From a virus (taxonomy: Duplodnaviria; Caudoviricetes), in IMG/VR virus record IMGVR_UViG_3300047561_000814, positions 40,478 to 104,477 of that record: a DNA stretch of 64,000 nt, one strand, 5' to 3'. Both the position numbers and the translations under genes were made by a program. The notes beneath the pieces were generated by a model. That model had not been told where the DNA came from and did not search any database. It saw only the letters and a program-made list of their open reading frames with translations. Positions 48,755 through 56,562 of the stretch are shown here, one piece after another. How positions within the stretch are numbered: position 1 is the stretch's first letter; every line of letters starts with the position of its first letter.

Positions 48755-48958
48755 TTACTCACCTACCTTCACCGCAATTGTTGCGTATTTATTTTTTATG
48801 CTAGGAGTATTTATAGCAATTAAATATGCTTGAGTATTTTCTCCATACCAAACATCAGATTTTTCGGCAGAGATAATCTCACCTGAAAAAAATCTTGAGT
48901 TAGAGCGATAGGTTTTACCAATTAGTAAATCCTCTATTGTGTATAGTTTAGTAGCCAT
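48755..48958 (-). CDS. small early protein
   Basis: Start moved to MATKLY, downstream of the promoter. Confidence 0.6.
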   Translation of the reverse strand: MATKLYTIEDLLIGKTYRSNSRFFSGEIISAEKSDVWYGENTQAYLIAINTPSIKNKYATIAVKVGE

Positions 48959-48996
48959 TAGTGGCACCTTCTTTCTTGTTATTTTCTTACTAGGTA

Positions 48997-49018
48997 AGTC
49001 TACCAAAATTATCAGACA
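48997..49018 (-). promoter_or_regulatory. promoter with PafBC/RecA-NDp-type motif
   Basis: TGTCTG-ataattttgg-TAGACT. Confidence 0.65.
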
Positions 49019-49279
49019 TTTACAACCTACTAGCCAGTAATCTTAAATAGTGAGACGCTCAGCGGTGTGATATGCCCCACAAAATTTCTGTGATCTTAAA
49101 CACATTGTCCTTAAAGCGACACGCCGTCTGCGCCGAGTCAACTCGGGTTTTTTATTTCAATTTATCTTTATGTTTTATTTTTCTTGAATACTTTTTTTTA
49201 TTTGGAATTGGTGTCGCAGCATTACTACGACGCAATTCTTGAATACGAATTATTTTATTTTTTATTTCTTTTAACATTT

Positions 49280-49471
49280 TTATTCCCCTCTACTTTCTGC
49301 ATCTGCTTCCCAATCAGAAAGCCAAACACGATAAGCAATTGGGTCGCAGTTAAATAAAATTTCACTAGCAGTAAATGTTAAATAACCAATCTTTGTGTCT
49401 GGATAACACTCGTCAAGCATTTGATCAAATTCTTCTTTGATTTCTAATTCTTTTTCAAATTCTGATTTCAT
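49280..49471 (-). CDS. small early protein
   Basis: FDQMLDECY..DPIAYR motif. Confidence 0.65.
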   Translation of the reverse strand: MKSEFEKELEIKEEFDQMLDECYPDTKIGYLTFTASEILFNCDPIAYRVWLSDWEADAESRGE

Positions 49472-49671
49472 TTATTTACTCCCAACAATTTGAGCAAGTA
49501 ATTATATCTTGCTCATCAAATAAATCGCTAGAAACTTTGTTATCGCATAAGCGACAATTAAGAGTTATCATTTATATTCTCCTTTTAAGATAAGTTCATC
49601 TAGCATTTTTGCTAGAGGGTCTTGATTTTCATCAAGGTAGTTATTTAATTCTAACTGTTTAACAAAGTCTA

Positions 49672-49854
49672 TCATTTAGACACTTTCCAATCTGACCACA
49701 TAGATAGTCTTTCTGGGTCAGTATCGTTATACCAACGCTCAATATTATTTTCGCAAATTTCACAAAAAGTGAATTGCTCATCATTAACGTCTGAGATAGC
49801 AGACTTATTTGGAACGTGTGATTTACACACTTGGATTATTACATTTGAATTCAT
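49672..49854 (-). CDS. small early protein
   Basis: aaagga RBS; CxxH/CxxC. Confidence 0.6.
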   Translation of the reverse strand: MNSNVIIQVCKSHVPNKSAISDVNDEQFTFCEICENNIERWYNDTDPERLSMWSDWKVSK

Positions 49855-49904
49855 TTGAATTCCTTTCTAGTTTGAGAACCTTTCTCAACTTTCTTTATAC
49901 TAGA

Positions 49905-49926
49905 AGTATAGCAGGGGGGTCTGACA
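49905..49926 (-). promoter_or_regulatory. promoter with PafBC/RecA-NDp-type motif
   Basis: TGTCAG-acccccctgc-TATACT. Confidence 0.72.
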
Positions 49927-49966
49927 TTTACTCACCAGTAAGTAGGACAAAATGGACATTGTGTCT

Positions 49967-50032
49967 TGTGATGTAGGTCATGTGGATAACTTACGCTCAA
50001 AATTCAATGTGATGTGCGTCATGTGGATAACT
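49967..50032. repeat. 25-bp direct repeat: CRP-like box overlapping a DnaA box
   Basis: tgtgatgtaggtcaTGTGGATAAct (49967-91) and tgtgatgtgcgtcaTGTGGATAAct (50008-32). Confidence 0.7.
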
Positions 50033-50138
50033 GATCACGAGGTCGGGCGTGTCGGTCCCCGAGTCAATGTCCGATTTGCACCATTTGTCATGTGGTGCAT
50101 ATCACTAATTACATGCGTGTTATTCACGGCGTGTCGTC

Positions 50139-50167
50139 TTGACTTTTAGGCTTATCTCTGCTATAAT
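50139..50167 (+). promoter_or_regulatory. near-consensus sigma-A promoter
   Basis: TTGACT-17-TATAAT with an extended TG; GGCGTGTC just upstream. Confidence 0.8.
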
Positions 50168-50194
50168 TCCATTATACAAAAAAATAAAGAAGCA

Positions 50195-50326
50195 GACTCA
50201 ATGAGCCTAGCGATTAAGCCTCTACAAGAGGATGAGCCTAGCAAATAAGTGAGTCAGAGATTAGATAGCCTCAATGAGCCTACCAAATAAGCCTAGCAAT
50301 AGGATGAGCGTAGCAATTAAGTGAGG
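50195..50326 (+). ncRNA. candidate structured ncRNA with four 18-nt motifs
   Basis: ATGAGCCTAGCAAATAAG-like at 50201, 50232, 50274 and 50304, enclosed by covarying stems. Confidence 0.6.
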
Positions 50327-50363
50327 TATCTCACACCACGACACTAGAGGAAAGTCCCCAAAA

Positions 50364-50385
50364 TGTCAGCGGTATCTGGTAAGAT
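50364..50385 (+). promoter_or_regulatory. promoter with PafBC/RecA-NDp-type motif
   Basis: TGTCAG-cggtatctgg-TAAGAT. Confidence 0.7.
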
Positions 50386-50443
50386 ACTAGTATCAAGGTT
50401 AATCAAGGTGATTAACTTAGTAAAAGAAAGGTTAGGTCTAAAA

Positions 50444-50605
50444 ATGACTAACACTATATATAACGAAATCGCTGATGAGTTTGGCTCATCTGCTCTATCT
50501 ATTAACTATCCTGAGCCTGAGATTAGTATTACTCGTGCTGCTCAGTTGTTAAATCAAATGGGTTTTGACAATGCTAAAGCCTATCTATTAGCAGGGGGTC
50601 GCTAA
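50444..50605 (+). CDS. small early protein
   Basis: Start moved to MTNTIY; aaagg RBS. Confidence 0.55.
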   Translation: MTNTIYNEIADEFGSSALSINYPEPEISITRAAQLLNQMGFDNAKAYLLAGGR

Positions 50606-50789
50606 TGACTACCTCCAACATAGATAAGATTAACGAAGCCATAGAGGCTTTACAAAATGCTAACAAGGCGTTAGTAGAAATGTTTGGAGAGGATAAAGAC
50701 TAATGCTAACAGTATTACTAATTATCTCTACACTATCTTTTATCACAATGATATTTGGTATCGCACTAACTAACGAAGGAGTACTATAA

Positions 50790-50948
50790 ATGAAAATCAC
50801 TTACACAATTTGGCAGGGTAGCCTAAACAAAGGCAGACTAACTGCTAAGACCATGAAAGAGATCATCGCCCTAATTGATGAACTAAACGGAGGCAAGCCT
50901 ACTCTAAAATTTGAGTATCTTGTCCATAAGATTGAGCAGGTAGCATAG
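50790..50948 (+). CDS. 52-aa early protein (below cutoff)
   Basis: MKITYTIWQG..; aaggag RBS. Confidence 0.55.
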   Translation: MKITYTIWQGSLNKGRLTAKTMKEIIALIDELNGGKPTLKFEYLVHKIEQVA

Positions 50949-51116
50949 TGAACCTAGAACTATTATTTGACAGAGAATATTTTTCTCTATACATCAATGG
51001 CTTATGGCCTAACGGAGTCGCTATTGAAATTCCTACATGGTTACTAATTGGCTCTATTGCTTTTATTTATTCTATTCATCTAATTAGAAAAGATAAAGAA
51101 GAGGCATAGGCTGTTA

Positions 51117-51160
51117 GGGGCACACTATCCAGAGTGGTGTGCTCACTATTTTTTTTATTT
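51117..51160 (+). terminator. intrinsic terminator
   Basis: gggcacacta..tggtgtgctc followed by a T-run. Confidence 0.7.
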
Positions 51161-52085
51161 TTTATTTTTAAAATTACATATCATACATCTAAGAAAAATA
51201 TTCAGATTTTCTCAAAATGAAAATTTTTTCAGATTTAGGCGGGTATAGAAATATTTGCTGGATTAAGTTCTGGATAAGTAGTAAAGAAATCTACCTGTAT
51301 TTCCTGTATTGCCCACTTGCTTATGTATGTTAAAATCATTGCTGTTATAAAAAGTCTAAAGATATATTTGCTAAGGGGCATGCTGATAGTATATAATATT
51401 ATTATGTGCCAACACGTATATAAATACACAAATCCTGGGCTATGCCGATATTGTGGTTTGGACACCCACGATACAGATTGGGCTAAACAAAATAAACTAT
51501 ACGCAGAGTACAGGGAAAAAGTTGGATTCTTCTTCAACAATAATGCCTGGTGGTCAATCTAGCCAAAATATGGTAAGATAGATATATGTACTTACTAGGA
51601 CTAGAAATTCGCAAAGACCGTAGAGAAAAACAATACTCTATGAAGACTTGTTTTGGCTGTAACAAAATAATGTGGGTAGCCCAAGAAAACATAAGAGTCT
51701 ATAACTATTGCGGTAGTTGCAAATGAAACAACAAATCCTAATCTCTATCATCATAATTGGTTTGGCAGCACTGGTATGGCTATTCTAGACAACCTTGAAG
51801 ACTCTATGGCAGATGACGACGGTATGCCAAGTCAAAAAGTTACAGATGCTATCAAAGAAATGCTTGAAGATCCAGAGCACCATAAACTCATGGAACGATT
51901 AAAATACATGGAGGACCATGGAGTCTAAATATCCTATACCACCTTACAGACATACTCCAAAAGGTTTGAACATAATAAATGAAACAACTAAATCAACAAA
52001 GTGTTGTGATGCCTGTGAATGTGGTAATTCTGAAGAAGAAAAGTTTAATAAACTTATGGAGACTCAGTCATCATTTGAAGAGTAG

Positions 52086-52793
52086 TTAGTTTTTGCTATC
52101 TCTTTTTCTTTGCATTTTTCTATATACTCCATTTGGCATAAAAGCAGAATGCAAATTAAATTCAGTTTTGTTAAATATCTTTTTATCTTTTTCTGTTTGA
52201 TATCGTATTTCTTGTTTTAATTTTTGTGATCTTTTAAAAGGAATATACAGAACAAAAGGCTCTCCTCTTTTGATAGTTATTTCTTTTCCATTTCCATGAT
52301 ATAAAACTTGTTGATTAATTGTTTGATCTATATCTGTATCTGTAACTCCAGGAAGTACGGACCAATCCTTATTAAAATGATAAAATAATGGTAACTGTAA
52401 AACAGACCAACCTGGAGGAGTTATAATTTTCCATGGAGAAATTGCTTTAAAAACAAATTGTCCATCAACTCCATTAAAATTTGCACTTGTATAGTTTATA
52501 AATTGATCATTGCCATGATGCTCCCAAGAAACTAGTGGTGTGGATGTTTCCACAAGCCACTTATCATTATTACATTTTAACTTTGTATCACACCACATTG
52601 GTAGAATATAGCCTTGAGAAAAATAATCTGGAAAAGATGGACAGTCTTTTACGGTCCCTATTTTTGTAGATGGAATATTCTTAAACCATTGTGGAATAAA
52701 ATGTTTAGCAGGTCTTGGCAAGCACTCTTCTATGGATTCTAGACCTTCAATAGTACTGATAAACTGTATCTTATTTGTTTTATTTTTAAACAT
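52086..52793 (-). CDS. hypothetical protein, DUF6065-like
   Basis: IPQWFK..TVKDCP..GYILPMWCD, TPPGWS, LPGVTDTD. Confidence 0.55.
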   Translation of the reverse strand: MFKNKTNKIQFISTIEGLESIEECLPRPAKHFIPQWFKNIPSTKIGTVKDCPSFPDYFSQGYILPMWCDTKLKCNNDKWLVETSTPLVSWEHHGNDQFINYTSANFNGVDGQFVFKAISPWKIITPPGWSVLQLPLFYHFNKDWSVLPGVTDTDIDQTINQQVLYHGNGKEITIKRGEPFVLYIPFKRSQKLKQEIRYQTEKDKKIFNKTEFNLHSAFMPNGVYRKMQRKRDSKN

Positions 52794-52848
52794 ATATATT
52801 ATTATATCCTATCGCTTACCCAGTAGGATTCCTGGCTGAATATATATT

Positions 52849-53660
52849 TCATAAAATTAAACTATTCAAATTTTTATATTTTTTTAATATATAGTCAGAA
52901 AAGAAATTTTCTGGATTTGCTTTATTTAACTCAATTTTTGAATAAACCTTATGAAGATCTTTTGGTAGACCTAGGGCCTCGTCATTTTCCTTTTCCTCTA
53001 ATACTATGTTATTTAAATCATTGTTAAATTTTTTAATTCATATATTTTATCCATAACATTTTGTGTATTTGAAATTAAATCATTATATTTAACTACATGA
53101 AATACATCTTTGTTTTCTGTCAAAGAAGAAGCATATAGAAAAGATTTCAGTTGCAATAAAAATCCATTTTCACCCAATAAATAGTTTGCTCTATTATCAT
53201 TTAGAGATAATCCAGAGTCCCATATAAAACCTTCATCTGTCATTTTTTTATCTAAATAATCTGAGCCACTCTTAATTGCAGACTCAGTAATTTCAAAAGG
53301 ATTTCTAATAGTAATAATAATTTTTGGTTTTGTGTTTATAAAATTTTTAATCAAGTTAACAGATTCGTGTGTGCACCAAAATTTATGTCTATCAAAAATT
53401 ATAGGTTTTTTAATATCTTTGTGATATGAGTCAAGAATTCCCTTAATGGTGTTTTTTGATTTTTCAGATTTTGTGTATTTAGGGTCTGCTGGGTTATCTG
53501 AAAAATTTTGGCTAACAGAAAAGGCATAGTCTAAAACTGGACTAAGATGGCTTGCATAAATTTCTGGATGCTGGTTAAGCAAGGCAGATAAAAGTGTATT
53601 TCCAGACCTTTGCAATCCTGATAAATAAAAATATTTTTTAATTTCTGTTTCTTTTTGCAC
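52849..53660 (-). pseudogene. sulfotransferase-family gene with a -1 frameshift near the 3' end
   Basis: 5'-PSB motif GLQRSGNTLL and RNP..S; the C-terminus (FNNDLNNI..DLH) continues in the -1 frame from an A6 run at 53029-53034. Confidence 0.7.
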
Positions 53661-53662
53661 TT

Positions 53663-54259
53663 TTACAATATCTCCAATTTTGTCGGGGCACCAATGAGAG
53701 ACTCATTAACACTGGTCCATAACTGTGACGACATACTAGTATTAATTCTAGCAGACAAACCAATAGACTCCATAATGTAGTTATGTCCCCCAGACTTGGT
53801 TTGAACTTTGTTCCAAACCCCACTATCATATATCAAGGTTTGAGCATCAAATACAAACAAATAATAAACCTTCTTTTCATTTTCGGCGGGGACAGAAGAC
53901 CAATCCTCTTCTGCTTTAGCAAGACACACATAGTAATCAGCACTATTATCCACTACGCTAGATATCATGGCATCTAAGGTTTGATATTTACCTAGCCTGG
54001 AGCCAGAGAAGGTTAGTGTGTTATTTGCGTATACACCCGATTTGACAGAGAAACTTTCGCCTGACTCTAAAGACATGTCTACACTGATACTATGGCTTCT
54101 ATTGGGCTGCCAGTCGTTTATATACCCTGCCTCAGTCAAAGTGTTAGCAATGAGTTCTTCTAGAAATTCACTTGTGCAGGGAAGACGATAAACGCTATGA
54201 TGTATTTTTAGTTTACTTGTCAAACCTTCAATAAGGGTTTGCTTTATAGAATGTAGCAC
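53663..54259 (-). CDS. putative PD-(D/E)XK endonuclease
   Basis: E..E, VD..SVKS pattern. Confidence 0.45.
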   Translation of the reverse strand: MLHSIKQTLIEGLTSKLKIHHSVYRLPCTSEFLEELIANTLTEAGYINDWQPNRSHSISVDMSLESGESFSVKSGVYANNTLTFSGSRLGKYQTLDAMISSVVDNSADYYVCLAKAEEDWSSVPAENEKKVYYLFVFDAQTLIYDSGVWNKVQTKSGGHNYIMESIGLSARINTSMSSQLWTSVNESLIGAPTKLEIL

Positions 54260-54421
54260 AATTAATTATAACCTATATCGGGCTATTAAGCAAACATAGA
54301 TATTACATCCAGTTAGACATTATTGTGTGTGTCACACATGTTATGTCTTATAGTGGTTTGGTATCTCTATTTTCGGCTTTGTTAATTCCCGCCGAAATTT
54401 AATCTCAAATAGTGATATAAT

Positions 54422-54649
54422 TTGTTTACAATGATGACAGTAGACGACTGGGCAAAACTAACACTTACAATTCTTTCAATAGTTACTATTGTTGGCGGAG
54501 GAGTTCGTTGGCTCGTAAAACATTATTTAAACGAACTTAAGCCGAATTCAGGATCCAGTTTAAAAGATTCCGTTGACCGCTTAGAGAAAAAAACTGACCA
54601 ATTGTTTGAACTTTTGCTTGAACACTTTAAAGATCATTCTAAAAAATAA
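54422..54649 (+). CDS. small TM plus coiled-coil protein
   Basis: ELKPNSGSSLKD motif after a TM. Confidence 0.6.
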   Translation: MFTMMTVDDWAKLTLTILSIVTIVGGGVRWLVKHYLNELKPNSGSSLKDSVDRLEKKTDQLFELLLEHFKDHSKK

Positions 54650-54895
54650 TTTTCTTTATATATAACATATAAGATACTTTAAAAAACTTACTTGCTAGTT
54701 ATTCTTTATTCTTTATATTTTTAAGTATACACTGTAATACTCTGGATTTTTAGAGTTTATGCAGAATTGATTATAACAATTGTATAACAATTCTTTTAAT
54801 GCCTGGTTTATAACGTTTTGTTACAATTTATACCCTTTATAACGTTTTGTTATGATATGTCCTATTTATACCAATATAGTGTTATAATTTTTATG

Positions 54896-54947
54896 CTGGC
54901 GCCTAGATTCTAACCCCCACCCCACTGCGTCTAGGTGTCCAGTTTTT
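54896..54947 (+). ncRNA. candidate small RNA: hairpin with a C-rich loop
   Basis: TGTTATAAT at 54880-88; 12-bp stem, loop with CCCCC-A-CCCC, then T5. Confidence 0.45.
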
Positions 54948-54970
54948 ATTTAATGGTATAATCAATTATC

Positions 54971-55369
54971 ATGTGTGCTCCTACAGTAGAAAAATATGGC
55001 GCCTCGCCAGCAAATATTCAATGGACAGTAGTCCGTGGAGACACAGCAACCCTGCTTGTAGAGTTTTTAGAAGACGATGAAATAACACCATTTGACTGCG
55101 ACAATTGGACTTTTAGAGCAACTGCCTATGATCCAATGGGAAATGTATTAGATAACTTAACAGTAACCGTTGATGATAATGAGGCAACAATTACTGCTCC
55201 AGCATCAATTACAGAGGATTGGGGAACTGGCTATAGTCAAGTGGCAGCCGAGTTAAGGTTTGATCTTGAAGTAATTATAGAAGGCGGTAGTGGACCAAAT
55301 GCAGACACGGTCTGGACTCCAGTTATAGGCACAATATGTGTTCTAAGTGATATGACTCCAGGTTTATAA
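54971..55369 (+). CDS. virion structural protein (BppU-N/Ig-like)
   Basis: VVRGDT..FDLEV..GTI; paralogs at 56212 and 60366. Confidence 0.55.
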   Translation: MCAPTVEKYGASPANIQWTVVRGDTATLLVEFLEDDEITPFDCDNWTFRATAYDPMGNVLDNLTVTVDDNEATITAPASITEDWGTGYSQVAAELRFDLEVIIEGGSGPNADTVWTPVIGTICVLSDMTPGL

Positions 55370-55470
55370 TGCCAATAGTAAAAGTATCAAACCCAACACC
55401 ACTTCTTCCGCCAGTAATAAAAATTGGCAATAAAATATTTAAAATCAAAATAAAGTAGTTAGGATAAGTC

Positions 55471-56187
55471 ATGGCTAAGAGCATGGACTTTCCCCCAAAG
55501 AAAAAATATCTAGAAACAATCCAAGAAGTTAAAACAACAGAGTACATTGCCGTACCTGGAATTACTGGAGAAAAAGGCGAAGTTGGGCCATCGGGACCAC
55601 AAGGTCCTAAAGGCGACAAAGGCGACAAAGGTGACAAAGGTGATATAGGAAGACATGGGCCACAGGGTGAACGTGGGGAGCCAGGAAGGGCGGGGGATGG
55701 ATATGATAGCCCATCTGGTCAGTATCCTGGCTGGGCTTATTATGCAAATAAAAGTACGCAAGAATATAGGCTAGGTCCAGAAAGAGGCGAAGATGGTTGG
55801 GTAAGTTTTTTCTTAGATCTAGACGAATTAAAAACCATTGAATCCTATTTGCCAAATAAATCTGTTTCTCTATTAAACTTAACAGCAAAAAATATAAATT
55901 TAAAAACCTTAAAGGTTGGTTCAAAAGTAGAAATTCGGTATGATTTTTCTTTAGAAACCTACACTTCAAATACAGAGGTTTGGATAAGAACTCTTTTGCG
56001 AGATGAAGAAATTTCTCCAATGGGGTATGTTGGATTACTTAAATATCAATACTTGTATGACATTTCACATTGTCAAACCATCTTTATTAATAGCGATAAA
56101 ATTAAAAACTATGGAGGGCAACCTCAAATTAGAACTGACAACGAAGGCTCTTTTATTTTAAAAGGGATATATGTATCAGTCTCTTAG
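55471..56187 (+). CDS. collagen triple-helix protein
   Basis: About 16 Gly-X-Y triplets. Confidence 0.8.
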   Translation: MAKSMDFPPKKKYLETIQEVKTTEYIAVPGITGEKGEVGPSGPQGPKGDKGDKGDKGDIGRHGPQGERGEPGRAGDGYDSPSGQYPGWAYYANKSTQEYRLGPERGEDGWVSFFLDLDELKTIESYLPNKSVSLLNLTAKNINLKTLKVGSKVEIRYDFSLETYTSNTEVWIRTLLRDEEISPMGYVGLLKYQYLYDISHCQTIFINSDKIKNYGGQPQIRTDNEGSFILKGIYVSVS

Positions 56188-56211
56188 TGGTATAATGTTA
56201 CAGGAGGAATA

Positions 56212-56562
56212 ATGGCATTTCCAGGTTCTTATAATTTTAGTTACTATCGTGGCGATAGGTATGAGTTTGTAATCCGTCCAAAAACTGCAAATGGTGGCGC
56301 TTTTGATTTAACAGGTTATAGCGCAAACTTTACTGTTGCTAATGCAAGAGGAGAGGGTAAAACTCAGTACGAAATGCAGGCTGTTGTTGATGGATCTGCA
56401 GATACCGTAACTTGTACAATCCTACCAGGCGCAGGAGAAGCGCTAACTGCTGGAAGTTATGTTTATGACGTTCAAATAGATTCTGGCGCAACATTAGTTT
56501 ATACACTTTTAACGGGAACTGTAACAGTAGTAGATGATATTACTGGAGCAGATGATTCATAA
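56212..56562 (+). CDS. virion structural protein (BppU-N/Ig-like)
   Basis: RGD..DLTGY..YVYDVQI..LL.GTVTV. Confidence 0.6.
   Translation: MAFPGSYNFSYYRGDRYEFVIRPKTANGGAFDLTGYSANFTVANARGEGKTQYEMQAVVDGSADTVTCTILPGAGEALTAGSYVYDVQIDSGATLVYTLLTGTVTVVDDITGADDS

Noticed and set aside
50201-50321. Four 18-nt repeats as a mini CRISPR array
   Set aside because: Repeats are too short, and the spacers are 12-24 nt and self-complementary; no cas operon. Better explained as a structured RNA.
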